A DNA stretch of 64,000 nt, taken from positions 61,566,001 through 61,630,000 of the forward strand of contig NC_042997.1 of the NCBI RefSeq assembly GCF_006345805.1. Reading direction: 5' to 3'. Below, in pieces: positions 13,506-27,250 of this stretch (positions are counted from its first letter, which is position 1; each line of letters begins with the position of its first letter). This DNA is from Octopus sinensis. Lineage: Eukaryota. Position numbers and translations under genes: made by a program. The notes beneath the pieces were generated by a model. The model saw nothing but the letters and a program-made list of their open reading frames with translations, had not been told where the DNA came from and made no database searches.

Positions 13506-13784
13506 TTATTAGCCAATATGTATACGTATGCATGCATATAGTTTTAATTCAATGGAGAGTTAGTTGAAGAATTTGATAAGTAAAATGCCTTTAAGAGGAA
13601 CAAATATATTGTTTGAGAATTTGCTCTTCATCTCAGAGTGGGGAAGAGAGGAAACAGTGTTGTCATTTTGGCTTTTAATGGGATTCTTAATTTTTGATTG
13701 CTGTAAAATGTGTTTCCTTTTATTTACTTATGTTATTATTTATTCTATTTATTTATTTATTTATTGCATTCTTTTTCTCTTCAG

Positions 13785-14028
13785 AATCCGACAGTCTACT
13801 TATGATCAATTGAAAATGTTGAAAAATGGTATTTTGTCCAAAGTTTTAGAAGCTGTCCTCTTATTTGATCCAATATCCCCTATTTTGAACAAGTTCCATT
13901 TACGTTCTATTGACAGACGCCTGCATCAGCTCTTAACAACTATTGATAATTGTGTGAAAGAACAAGGCATGCCTAATGTAATTATTAGTGATGAAAAACT
14001 CATTCCGGAGAAGCATGTTGAAACATGA
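13785..14028 (+). CDS. FAM20B: Terminal coding exon of FAM20B
   Basis: Acceptor ctttttctcttcAG|, phase 2. Reads IRQSTYDQLKMLKNGILSKVLEAVLLFDPISPILNKFHLRSIDRRLHQLLTTIDNCVKEQGMPNVIISDEKLIPEKHVET*. LKNGxL, DPISP and HLxxxDxRL are FAM20B-type rather than FAM20C-type. I found no upstream exons in the window. Confidence 0.93.
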
Positions 14029-14081
14029 AAAAAATGGACCATCACTTGCAGTGACTAGCAATCAACAAGAATTGTGACTGG

Positions 14082-14087
14082 AATAAA
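14082..14087 (+). promoter_or_regulatory. Candidate polyadenylation signal of FAM20B
   Basis: AATAAA 54 nt after the stop codon; positional inference only. Confidence 0.3.
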
Positions 14088-14920
14088 GATCGAAAAGGTG
14101 TATGTTATTGTGCCATGAGATGATGTAGAGTTTCATGTTTTGGATTTTCATCCCATCTCCCCTCTTCCTACCACTTGTCATGGGGGTCCCTGTAGAGGAA
14201 TTTATGTGTATAATCCTTCTTCCACTGACTAAACCATAAAAAAAAAAATTTAACCTTTACTTTCTACACTGCTTCATTAGCAGTTTCTGCTCCTTCAAAG
14301 TAGTAAGTTGTGTACCACCTCCATGATTCTCCATCTTATGAACCCATTTCTCCTTGTCTTCCCTCTTATATCTCACTACCTCTTCCCCAGAACTGCAGGC
14401 AGCCCTCATAAATTCCCTACCATCTAACTATTTCTTGCTCACATTTTCCTCATGGGTGTCCTCCTATGGAAGTTCAAGTTAAACATCAATCAACCACATC
14501 TACTTCACAACCATTAAGCAAGTTTCTACATGGTCATTTGATCTGCTAGAAATACCAGCCAAGTCTACATATCACACACAATCATTTTAAAATGGCAGGA
14601 CACAATGAATAATGTTAATTCAAAATACACTGTCTGAAGAAAAAATGTGATGGTCAAGACTGGAATGACTTTGATAATAGTTCTGCTTAGTTAAGACAAA
14701 ACAACATCAACCTCACCTGTCAGGGAGGTCTTGACTACCATCTTTCCTCCTGAGACTACTAATATGTATGGATGAATGGATGCATGCATAGATAGATAGA
14801 TAGATATGTGTGTGTGTATATATGTATACACGCACATGTATATCATCAGTAAAACATAAATCTGAAATAGAAGCATACTCTGAGTTATAGATCAGTAGAG
14901 TATATAGATAAAGATAGATA

Positions 14921-15114
14921 TGGCTGGTCTATGAGGTCACCTTGGGTTTCACATCCATAAAGTGCTTAGCTTTACAGCATTTCTTCAGACCCTAAACCCC
15001 TTAGCTCATGGCTTGTCTAGCAAGTACCTGTGACCTCTCAAGGCCTCTCTAGCAAGTGCTAGAGACCACATAGGCCAACAGGTTTAGGGTCTGAAGAAAT
15101 GCCGTAAAGCTAAA
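14921..15114. mobile_element. Family H1 fold-back element: hammerhead motif on minus (14933-14993), truncated copy on plus (15086-15113)
   Basis: Minus: AGGGT-CTGAAGA-AATGCTGTAAAG-CTAAGCA-CTTTATGGATGT-GAAAC-CCAA-GGTG-ACCT (GUG triplet, non-cleavable). The plus copy stops at the stem II loop, where another repeat begins. Confidence 0.8.
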
Positions 15115-15435
15115 TGCTGAACCGAGTGAAATCATAGTCATGGTTGATGCCAGTGCTGCTTGACTGGCACCCATGCTACCTGACTGGCACATAAACAGCA
15201 CCACTCAAACAAGGCCAATGCCAGTGCCACCTACTGGCTCCCATGCCAGAGGCATGTAAAAAGCACTCACTACATTCTCGGAGTGGTTGGCATTAGGAAG
15301 GGCATCCAACAATAGAAACCTTGCCAAATCAGATTGGAGCCTGGTGCAGCCTCCCAGCCTGCCAGTTCTCAGTCAAACCACCCAGCCATGCTAGCATGTA
15401 AAGCCGATGTTAAATGATGATGATGATGATGATGA
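15115..15435 (+). mobile_element. SINE/LINE 3' fragment ending in (GAT)n
   Basis: gtggttggcattaggaagggcatcca...atgttaaatgatgatgatgat tail; it truncates the H1 element on its left. Confidence 0.6.
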
Positions 15436-16043
15436 TTTACATACATACATACATACACACACACCTACATATATATATGTAAGAAATCTAAATATTATTA
15501 AAAATAATATTACTATCCAGCAAGAATACAGTACCATAAAAGGTAGAATTATAAATATACAAAACAGATGTACATGAAGTACGATCATTGCTAGAAATAG
15601 CAGCTGGTAAGCTATTGGTAGAGTTTCACTGAATGTTTACAAGCAGAGATGTTTGTGGGCAGTGAATATAAGAAAATTCTGTCTTACCTCTACAGAGATC
15701 ATTAGAGGAATGAAGGATAACTCAATACTGCAGTTTCAACCTTTTCGGATCACATGCATGAGTGCGAATCCAACTGGTTGTCTTCGGCTGAATCTACCAT
15801 TGACAATGGAATTTTAAAATTCACGCTCATGCACATGATCTGGAAAGTTTGAAACTGTAGTATTGAATTATCCTTCATTCCTCTATCAGTCTCTGTAGAG
15901 TTAAGGCAGAAGTTTCCTATAGTCACTGCCCGCAAACATTTCTGCCTCTAAACATTCAGTGAAGCTCTACATAGCGCCAATAGCTTACCAGCTGCTATTT
16001 CTAGCAATGATCATACTTTGTGTACAACTGATTTGTGTGTATA

Positions 16044-16076
<33 letters not shown>

Positions 16077-16479
16077 TTATACATACACACATGTATGTAT
16101 GTATACATATATATCATCATCATCGTTCATCATTGGAAGGCAGATGTTAAACAATGATGATTATATATATAGGGGGAAGAATTACGAAAATAAACAAAAG
16201 ACGAAGGCAGGTGGAGTACAAACAAACAAATGTATTAGTATGGCGCTCAGGAATAGAAATAGAACAAGTCTTTTACGTTTTGAGCCTACTCTCTTCGACA
16301 GAAAGATACACAGAAAAGAAACAAAGAGAGAAACAAGGAGAGAAAAAAAATGCGAGTAGGAGCTAACGGTCTATCATGTGCCAATCAAGCAGCACTGGCA
16401 TCAGCCACAACTACGATTTCACTTGGTTCAGCATATATATGTATGTATATAGATATGTATATAATATAAATGAAGTTAG

Positions 16480-16804
16480 ATAAGCACGGTTTATGGGATT
16501 ACCTAGCTTTACGGTGTATCATCAGATCCCCAAACCAGTTGGCTTAAGGCTTCTCTAGCAAGTGGTCTCTCTAGAATATGGAGGAGGAAAGGACCTTGCT
16601 ACTCAATGCCATCAAAAGGGTCACTTGCGATCGATAGCCGAAGAGAGACAATCCTCTATTGTTGACATTGAGTAGTGAGGTCGATTTCCTCCTCTATATT
16701 CTAGAGAGGCCTTAAGCCAACAGGTTTTGGGATCTGATGATATGCCATAAAGTTTAGCGCTTTATGGATGTGAAACCCAGGTTAATCCCATGAACCAGCC
16801 TCAT
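16480..16804. mobile_element. Family H1 palindromic element with outward-facing hammerhead motifs on both strands
   Basis: About 145-bp imperfect inverted arms around a short spacer (~16620-16650). Plus arm: GGGAT-CTGATGA-stem II-GAAAC-CCAG-GTTA-ATCCC (16729-16789). The minus-arm copy (about 16496-16530) has lost GAAAC through an internal deletion. Confidence 0.85.
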
Positions 16805-16887
16805 TGAGATTTATTTAATGTTTTATAACTTAGTGTGCTTCTTTTTTGGATTTGTTTTACCAACGATAGAGATGTGTGTATATATAT

Positions 16888-16921
<34 letters not shown>

Positions 16922-17129
16922 CTTTATTTAAAGCAGCAGAAAATTCAACAAAACCTGTTACCCTGAGTTTCCCGTTGCTAGCAAAAACTATCCGATGAAC
17001 GGCAATGGGAAACTCAGAGTAACAGGTTTTGTTGAATTTTCTGCTGCTTTAAATAAAGCATATTACTCTACCACTGGTATTTGAGTACTCTTTTTTCCAC
17101 CTTGTTTCTCATTTATGTGTTTACTCCGG

Positions 17130-17390
17130 TATATATATATATATATATATATATATCATCATCGTCATATATATACATATATATACATATACATATATAT
17201 ACATACATATATATACATATATATATATATACATATATATGTATATGTGCATGTGTGCATATATATATATAAATGTATGAATGCATGTATGTGTATGTAA
17301 AAACACCCACACACACATACTATATATATATATATGTATGTATGTATGTATGTGTGTATGTAAAAACACATACACACACACACTTTTTAA
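17130..17390. repeat. (TA)n/(TACA)n compound microsatellite
   Basis: Directly visible. Confidence 0.95.
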
Positions 17391-17468
17391 TAAAATTTCA
17401 CTCTTTAGAACTCAAGGTCTCATACTCATGAAAATCAGTGACCTGATTGAACCCAAGGTGAAAACTTG

Positions 17469-17720
17469 TTAATTTTTATTGGCATAAAACCTTGAGGTCC
17501 ACAAAGTTAATATAGATTCTATTTTAAAATATTCAACCACCTTCCTAGTGTTGAATACTTGTCCTTCCAGTTCATTACTAAAGTGTATATGTGTCTTCAT
17601 CCTTCCCACACATTTATTATGCCTCTCCCTATGGAAGGTTCTGCCTAAAACACTTGTCTCTACCTTATCACATGGCTTAATATACACCACTTCAATTTCT
17701 AAGACTATCAGATTCTAGTT
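17469..17720 (-). mobile_element. Decayed RTE LINE 3' fragment
   Basis: Across frameshifts it reads KLKW...HVIR...RTF...CVGR.K...MNW.G..F.T...VE, the RTE C-terminal pattern. Confidence 0.55.
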
Positions 17721-18760
17721 AACAGTCTCCCAGGTGATTAGAAAATATTGATATATGTGCTTGTGTGTGTGCATGCATGAGAAGTGTAGATTTGTGAATA
17801 TAGAAAAGCATCTGAACAAATTATATTTGTGTGTATGTGTGTGCACAAAGGTACATATAGTGAAAGAGATAATATACATTAAATTGTTTACATTTATGAA
17901 AATATGAACTTAAAGTGCAATCATTTTACTATATACATTTATTTTTGATTCAAAATTTTATAATTTGTTTCCTTGCATGATTGTGCATATGTGTGTCCAT
18001 ATAAATCTTTGCGTATGATTCTGTGGACATGACTGTATGTGTGTATGTATTTTGCTATGTTTTAAATCATTTTTTTTGTTTTGTTTTGTTTTTTGAGCTT
18101 TAATGTTTTTCTAACTGGAAATTCTTCCAACCATTCTGCTATGAAATAACAGAAGGGAAACCTGTTTCAGATAAAGTGAAGCAAGCAATAATTATGTGTC
18201 TTGCTCAGAAGTATTCAAGGCAATGGTCATAGTAAGATTTGAACTTGCAACCATAAGGTCAATAGTTCAGCATCTTTATTACATGACCATTTTTCTTCTC
18301 TCTCATTATTATTGATATGCAATATCTGTAACATGAATTTCTATATCATCAGTTATTATTTTTTTTTCTTGTTAAATATAATTTTTCTTTACATTTGATA
18401 TAAATGGCAATTGAAGGGAAATTGAGTCAAGTATCAAAATGTTTTGTTATTTGGTTATGTCTCTTTACATTCTGAATCCCATTTCTTCACAGATACTCTT
18501 TGCCATTCATTCTTCTTGAGTCAGTGAAATGAGTTGAGAAAAATCAACCATTAGGTGCTAGTGTTGACATAATTCACTGTACCTTAACAAAGCTGTGGCC
18601 CAGCATGACCAGAGTTCAGTGATGGAAACCAATAAAATGAAATCAGTTGATTCATTTTAAAATTGGTGACACTTTCACCAAATAAAATGCTTTACCAATT
18701 ATATTATAGAGACATATTAAATTCTGTTGTTTCTTCATCTATGATCAAATAGCAAATGTT

Positions 18761-18896
18761 TTACATTTTAACAAAATGAAACATAAACTCCAGACTGGTA
18801 CTCATGAGAAAAAATATAAATTTGACGATTTTTTTAATATGAGTCTCCTTGCCATGTTGAGAAAAGAACCCTGTTATTTCAGGAGTGACTTTTTGT
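18761..18896 (-). CDS. Candidate downstream exon of the same putative gene
   Basis: Strong acceptor tcttttctttcAG|. Only the phase-2 frame is open (QKVTPEITGFFSQHGKETHIKK...*), matching the phase-2 donor at 19668. The C-terminal half looks like AT-rich read-through. Confidence 0.2.
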
Positions 18897-19668
18897 CTGA
18901 AAGAAAAGATTTTTTTCCAGGTTCTCAATTTTTAAAAATTTTCTCTCATCAACACTGTTTATGAATGTGTATTTCATTTTATTTCAGAAACTATGATGAA
19001 GTTTCATTTGTAACTTTAATTATAAACTATCAGCAGGGTACCCTCAGTGGATCTCTAACTCATATATTCGGTTCAAATCCACTGCAGGTGTTTTGCTATG
19101 AATTTGGACAGTGCACTTAATTTTCATTATCTCATCTGTCCTACCTGATAGAAATAATGTCTTGTTTACCAGAAGATTAATATACTCATCTATTAAATGC
19201 CCATGAAACTAGAATTGAATACCAGACCATAGAGCATAGGTTGTACATTATTTTCTACAGTCTGTTTTCCTTACTTTTTGTTATATATGTGCCATATATT
19301 AATGTGTATGTTTTATGTAGAGTTATACACTAAGGCATTCAAACATTAACTGCAAAAGCACTCAGTATATTCATGAAGAGTATGCAATTTAATTTTTCAA
19401 AGAAAGGAGTGACTGACTTCAAAATTTTGCTGATGGTCAGATTTATCTGTCTAAAAATGCCAGCCACCAACAAAGCTTCCATCATTATGTAAATTATATA
19501 TAATTAATATATTTACAAATGAGAAGAAAAAGCAAGATGATTATAATTAACAAAAAAAAAGTGTTTTCACTATAAAGCTCAACAAAAACACTTCATCATT
19601 TGAAGTGTTTGTAAAAATTATAAAAAGACTTTCAATTTTAACATATCGACATCTAAAACAAAGAATAC

Positions 19669-19887
19669 CTACAGCTGATGTTTTGACATCTTTCAATATG
19701 TATACCAATGCTAGCAACATGTGATACACCTCCTTCAAAATGCACTATTGCTCTGTGCAGTGTTATCTCTTTACAAACACTCCTGGATAAACCAAACATA
19801 ATTAAGCCAGCAGAGGAGCATCTTATATAGTCACCTAACTTAATTCTTGTAATAGTAAAATCAATAAACATTCTCAATAAAAAAGAC
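19669..19887 (-). CDS. Candidate coding exon with LRR-CC-like periodicity (unidentified gene)
   Basis: About 115 open codons. LxLxx motifs at 26-, 26- and 21-aa spacing (LKLVG, IKLGD, ITLHR, IHIERCQNIS). Acceptor ttttAG| at 19888, donor |GTattc at 19668. No protein recognised. Confidence 0.3.
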
Positions 19888-21037
19888 CTAAAATTCAGGC
19901 TAGTATGCCCCACCAATTTAAGGTTAAATGGCAATAGATTGAAATGCCGATGGATATTTAGTAATGTCAGTTTCCCTTTATTTCCTTTTTTATTTTACCA
20001 TTTGGGCTATTCAAGTAAAGTTAATCAGTTATCTATTATCATCTTCATCATCATAGCCATCATCATCATCATCATCAACATTATCATCATCATCAGGAAC
20101 AACACCCACCCAGTTTGTATAATATAAAGCTTTGTATATGCCAGTATACATATAAGACATATGAACTTAAAATATACACTTAAGGTTTTTAATGTATATA
20201 TGTTTTTTTATTATTTTTCTTGTAAACTAAAAATTTATATAACATGCTCTTTTCATGTTCAAATTTTATAGATCCTTAAGAAAAAACAGAAATAAAATCA
20301 AATATATTTGTTCTTTGTATGTTGATGTTGCTAATATCACCATTATTAAGTCATTTTAAAGATTCTGCTTCAAGAATGTTACCATTTAATTAAATTTTGC
20401 TTCTTAATTTCTATTCATACAAGCAAAAATCCATTATATGTGTAATACACACCTACTTTCATTGGATTGAATACTGTCAAAATAGTTTTATTGAAGAGCA
20501 ATATATGCATTTTCTTTATTGCATTGTATACACACATACACATAGATAGATAGAAAGATGTAGATATACATACTCACCCACATCTATACATAAACACATA
20601 CCTATATATGTATGTATATGTATATATACTCATGTGTATGTATGTATATATATATATAAAGAGAGAGAGGGGGAGAGAAAGTGAGAGAGATATATAGATA
20701 GATAGATTCATACATACACCCACATCTATATGTAAACACATACCTTGTTTCATATACATTCGTTGCTTTTTTCCAAGGAATCTAATGCTCTTAGATTAGT
20801 TTTTCCTTGGGGCTGGCCAGATTGGAGCAATCTCAAGATTAATCAGCTGAAATTGCGAGGATGATCCGGTTCTTGACTGAAGATAAAAGGCTTCAAATGA
20901 CCCGTCCATGTTTTTTTGTATCGTCTATCTGGATATGTTGTTGTCCCCTTTTGTATCACCTAGTTGTCCAGATGTTTTGCGTTTTTGTCCCATTTTGTAT
21001 TTTATTTTATATATATATAGCAGCATACGTTCACTTT

Positions 21038-21109
<72 letters not shown>

Positions 21110-23129
21110 CTGTAGATAGATAGATTATATTTACACACCTGTGTGAGAAGTTTGCTTCCCAGCCACATGGTACCTGGGCCAATGTCTTCTGTTATACCCT
21201 TGGGCTGACCAAAGCCTTTTGAATGGATTTTGTGAACAGAAACTGAAATAAGCCTGTCATATATATATATGTCTATGTGTGTTTGTCTTTCTGTTTATGG
21301 CCCACCACCACTTGATTACCAGTGTTGGTCTATTTACATCCCTGTAACTTTGGCACTAGAGACTGAAAGAATAAGTATCAGACTTTAAAAAATTGACATA
21401 CACTGGGGTCTGTATCTTCTAGTCAGTTCTCCAGCATGGCTGCGGTCCAAAGATTGAAACGAGTAAAAGATAAAAGATACTATCAAGTCTACATCTGCAA
21501 CCACCCGCTGCATCTTTGACATCCTCTCATCTCATTATTCATTTCCCCGTTGCATTTCTCTCTATTTCTAAGTTTTTCTAATCTCTCATTTAACAACAGT
21601 CCAGGACTCACTTGCATATAAATTCCCCAACCATCATCCACATCAGGCTATTTCTCTTGCCTATCATGACACATATGTAAGAGTCTAGATTAGACCTGTT
21701 TGTACCCAATATACTTTTCTCATTTTCTCTCCCATCTCATCCCGATCATTTTGTATTTTCATCATTAATCTCTTGCTGCTTTCACCCACCTATTCTGAAT
21801 CCTGTCATTGCCCACTCTCCTATTCACCTTTCTGTTTACAATGCTTTGTGCAAACATAAACATCTTAAAGTGGTGAGTACCTTTTGCTTTTCTGGTAAAG
21901 TGGTTAGCAAATGAGTAGAGAAAACATAAGGTTGAAAGGTAGTTCTTTTTAGTCCTTTCTTCTCAAGGATATAATAATCTCTCAAATGTTAGTGCCATGA
22001 TAAAATGTACCCAGTACACTCTCTCTAAAGAATAGAGTGTACTGGGTGCATCTATAGCAACCAAGCCCACAATGAAACATATGGGCAAGACATGGTCCTC
22101 TCATACGTTTGTGAGGGAGTTGGCTTCCAGTAAGAACTGATGTGGACTGTGAGGACCATTGCACCCCATTGCCAGTATGGAAGGTGGGTGTAAATATAAT
22201 GATGATGGTGTAGGTGGTGATGGTTGTGACTCACAAGCTACTTATTATTAACTGAATGCTCAAGACTTTTCTGCTGAACATACTATACTTCCCTCCTCCT
22301 TAAACATTTACGCAAAAGCATTGTCCTCATGCAGCCTGGGCACTTCATGCCATGGAAGTATTGAATTCACAGACAGAGGGACATTTTGAGAGACTCTTTC
22401 AGTAGTAATGTAACAAGCTTGTCTCAACTATTGCATATATCAAGGAAATGAATTTGTGCTTCACAATTCAACCAGCTGCAAGCAATACACATCTAAATCC
22501 CCTCAAATCGTAAGCCTCTGAAATCTCTCATGACTAACACATATATTCTTATTTTCTTATTCTTTTACTGGTTTCAATCATTGTACTGTGGCCATGCTGG
22601 GGTACAACCTTCAGTTATATACTCCAGTTCATATTTTTGTATCTGTTACTTATTTTAATGATCCTTATTTATTGAAGCACTAAGTTATGGGACATAAATG
22701 TAAACACAGACACACACTCACACACCTGTACATATGTATGATGAGCCTCTGTACAGGTCCCATCTACTAAATTTCACTCATAATCTTTGGTTCATCAGAA
22801 GCTATATAGTAGAAAACACTTACCGAATGTGTGATGTATGGTACCAAACCTAAAAAACCACATGACTGTCAAACAAACCTCTTAATCACACAGACATGCC
22901 TGGCCTGCCTGTACGTAACAAGTTAGAAAGTGACCACAACTCACAGTTTATAGATTCAAAGTGTTGTACATACAAACACACACACATGCATAACATTGCC
23001 AAAATTATACTACAATAGTACTTTATATATGTGTGTGTGTGTATACACATACACACAAACAATTAATGCTGTATCTACACAAATTAATATCATAGGTCAG
23101 ACCAATCTACTGATTGACTAAGTTTTATT

Positions 23130-23500
23130 ATTCACCCATAAGCTTCAACCACCAGCTTTCCATATGCACTGTTTGCTCTCCTTCACTGCTTCTATCACTA
23201 ATATAATAACCTCTGCTCTCTACACTTGACTCTATTACTTCCACACATCTCTCTTTTTCTAATTTCTAATTACTATGTTATATCTCTCAGACCCTGCACT
23301 AAATACTTTGTCCGGTCTTTCCTCTTTGAGACTAAAATCTACCCAGAACTCCCTCCTTGCAGATACTAACCTATTGTTGTTCAAACTGAACATCAATTGC
23401 ATCCATCACACCAGCCTTTCAAGTCCTATAAAGCTCATAAGCACTACACCATCTATGACTATTTTGTCCCTCTGCAGTAGAGAGTAAGCTCTTAGACATT
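23130..23500 (-). mobile_element. Decayed RTE-like LINE RT fragment
   Basis: Minus-strand translation with stops resembles the RTE post-YADD region (CVEVIES...YI...E...R...AYGK). Confidence 0.4.
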
Positions 23501-25567
23501 GTAAGACAGAAGCAGATTTTAACTAGTTTTAGTGTTTTTACTTAAATCACACCATTTCTACTATTAGAGAAAGCTATGAAAATATCATTCCTTTTATCAC
23601 CTTTCCATGTAATCAATAGGATTCACCCATTTTTTTACCATATTTTTATTGAAATACACTGCCTTTGTTTCAATTAACTTTGAACTTAATGAAGAATTTA
23701 GTGAAGTAACTTTAATTATTAAGTTTGTGTTTTTGGAACAGAGATTTGCATGAAATTTTCACCATTTATAATAGGAAGTTTTTATCAAAAGCCCAGAGCA
23801 GTCTCAGGTGAATTTTTATCAAAAGGGTTAATCACTTATTGATAGATAAGGCTGATTATGAAGTATGATCAGATTGCAATCATGCAGCAAATATCCATTG
23901 GTTAATTAGTCTAGAAGTACATAGACTACTTTATTGAAATTAAATATTTTCAAAACAAATTTTAAGCAGTATTCATCAAGGATTTAATTTTAAAAGATTA
24001 TTTTATTATAAATGTATTTCAGTCAATTTAATTTGTATTTTTGAACATCATGAAATACAGAGTTTGGTTCATTAGTTTTTAAATTCAAAATTCTCAAGAG
24101 AAAAATATGGCTGTTGTTTAAACAACAAGTGGACTTGTGACATTTTGATAGGTTCAAGCTGATTTAAGTGCATTTATAATGAATCTTTTTAATGAAATAT
24201 TTGGTGAGCACCATTTAGAATATTTTTGTTCTGTGTCTTAACATGAATAATCAAGCAGAATATGCAAACATCAAATGTTTGATTAGATTTCTCACATATG
24301 TGAAATAAATAGTTTATAAATTCTTAATTATTTGCTAGGGTTAAAAAGTACAATGTAAGTACTGTACTGTGTTATATAAGATTTTACACCAAATGTTTCT
24401 TTGCTTTATCTCTTCTGATGGCTGTTATCTCTATATTTATTGAATATAAAACTCAGCTGAAAGCTTTCTTGCCTCTTATACCTGTGATTTCTATGAAAAT
24501 GTTTAATCCAAATGAAATTGTACAAATGAAAAAATCTGTTGAAATAAATTTTTTATATTCTCTTTAATTGTAATATTGTTTTTTATTTATATATTTTATT
24601 TCTACCAACTTATGTTCTGAGTTTAGATTTTGCCAGGATCAATTTTGCATTTGATTCCTCTGAGGATCAATAAAATAAAATACCAGTCAAGTACCAGGAT
24701 CAGCATAATCAACTATACTATCCTCTCCTCCTAAAACTACTGGCCTTGTACCAAAATTTCCACACAGTTCTGCCTGCCAAATTCATTCACATGGCATTGG
24801 TCAGCCAGGGGCTTTAGTAAAAGGCACTTGCTTAAGGTGCTGTGCAATAGAACTGAACTCAAAACAACATGGTTGCAATGTGAGCTTCTTTGTCACACAG
24901 ACATGCTTGCTAATTTTTTCTGTTGAAACTTGTAGCTTACTTGGTTTGATTGAAGAATTGGCTGTTACCTAGCCACCACCATTCTATAAGAGATTTGCTG
25001 AGTGGCTTGAAAATCAAATTTGTGTTCAATGTACAATTTTCTGCATTCTTAATATTAGTTAAAATAACTTTTTTAAATTATTTATTTCAAAGCGGAAACA
25101 TGATATCCATTTCCTGAGCAGTCAGGCATCCCCAAAACTGCCAAAAAAAAAAAAAAAAAAAAAAAGAGAAAGAAAGAAAGAATTGACAAAATGGCATTTT
25201 CATGTTAGAATATATTGGACATTTAATTTACAGAATAAGTTATTTATTGGTTCAAATTATGTTTGAACAACAAACTGATCCAACAATTCAGATTTATGCA
25301 TACTATCAGTAACCCTTACCTTTTTCCACATATGTTTTAATTCATCACAATGAATAAATAAAAAGGTCTTTAAAAATAATTTGTTTATTATATTGGCAAC
25401 CATTTGATATTTGACTGTGGTTGTTTGATTAATTGGAAATAACAACCAAATCTCCCTTAAACATGCTGGATAATGTCACTGGCTGAAAAAAATGAGAAAA
25501 TGAAAATGGAATGATCACAGCATTATCTTTGATTATAGATCTGCTAATTTAGGGCTGACCTGGGATT

Positions 25568-25608
<41 letters not shown>

Positions 25609-26886
25609 CTGTGCTGGGCAAAATGCTTAACAGCATTTCATCCATTTTTATACATTCTGCGTTCAAATTCTGCAGCGGTCAACTTTGCCTTTCATCCCTT
25701 CAGGGTTGATAAAATAGTACCAGTTGGTCATTAGGGTCGATACAGTCACCTAACCCACTCCTTCAAAATTACTGGCCTTCTACCAAAATTTGAAACCTTT
25801 ATTGATGTGGCCAGCTGGCAGAATGATTAACACACTGGACAAAAATGTAGCATCCTAAATATTTCACTTGTACATCAATGTTCTTTAGTATACTTTGTTT
25901 TGCATGATTGCAGGTACAGCCACACTGGAGCACTTCATTCAGAATATTCTATATAACATATATTGTTTATAAGTATATCCAAACGGTTTTGTTGGGCTTT
26001 TCAGTATATACAAGGATGGGTTGAGAAGTTCATAGGTTGACTAGAAAGGAGTGATGCTAGAGCTTTGAAATGTGGCATTCATTAAATTCAACTCTTCTTA
26101 TTAATAGCTGTATTGTTTCTTCTCAAAGGTGCATAGCTCAGTGGGCTCACAATCATGAGATAGTGAGTTTGATTCCCAGACTGGGCTGTGTGTTGGGCTC
26201 TTAAGCAAGACAGGCATTTTATTTCACTAAGCTGTACAAATAAGTTGTGACATCGCTGGTGCCAAACTGTATCAGCCTTTGTCTTACTGCTGGACAATGT
26301 CAGTGGCATGGAGAAGGGAGACTAGTATGCATGAGCGACTGCTGGTCTTCCACAAACAACTTGCCTGGACTTGTGCCTCAGAGGGGAACTTTCTAGGTGC
26401 AATCATGTGTCACTCATGACCGAAGGGGGTCTTTACCTTGTTTCTTCTCAGGTAAACTGACATGTGACTGCTCAGAGAAGAGAGAGTGGGAATTTTGGAA
26501 TTTGACAGTCCCTCCCATTCCTCTTAGTCTTTTTTTTATATATGGTGTTTTAACATCAACTGTTGTATTTATTGTAGGACACTGATAAAAAGAAGTGCTT
26601 GATTACATGTTTCTAATACTAACATGTAATTATTTTAGTATTTTGCTGAAATGTATGTATATCCTATGAAGCATTGACCAGTACACCTGTTTCCTCTTTA
26701 TCATTATTATTTCTATTATTTATTATCATTATTTCTATTACTTGGCTTATATTCCATGCACTAACCTATCCCAAGGTTGATGCCAAGCATTGCTCTCCAC
26801 TGGATATTGGATTGGAATGTGGAACCCACTACTGAGTCCAACTTTTGTTTGAGTGTTACACTTTATTACACTCGTTTTTGATACAT

Positions 26887-26931
<45 letters not shown>

Positions 26932-27172
26932 TTGTTTCAGTCATTTTACTGTGGCCGTGCTGGAGTACTGCCTTGAAGGCGTTTAGTCAAACAAATTGAC
27001 ATATATGTATACGATGGGCTTCTTTCAGTTTCCATCTGTCAAATTCACTCATAAGGCTTTGGTCAGCCTGGGGCTGTATTAGAAGACACTTGCCCAAAGT
27101 GCTACACTGAGTCTGAACCTGGAACCATGTGGTTGGGAAGCAAGCTTCTTACCACACAGCCACGCCCATGCC

Positions 27173-27250
<78 letters not shown>

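Noticed and set aside
13564-13784. N-terminal part of the 154-aa ORF
   Set aside because: Intronic AT-rich read-through upstream of the real acceptor at 13784.
17469-17690. 73-aa ORF that looked like a host terminal exon
   Set aside because: Combining frames gives the RTE LINE C-terminal pattern, so it is a decayed retroelement.
18988-19120. Plus-strand exon after strong acceptor atttcag (NYDEVSFVTLIINYQQG...)
   Set aside because: No recognisable protein, weak donor, and no partner exons after the FAM20B stop.
20870-20910. CTGAAGA as another hammerhead core
   Set aside because: No GAAA and no closing stem II downstream.
22006-22050. 17-bp hairpin as a pre-miRNA
   Set aside because: Stem too short and does not extend; the arm resembles a common SINE/LINE tail motif (gcacccagtacactct).
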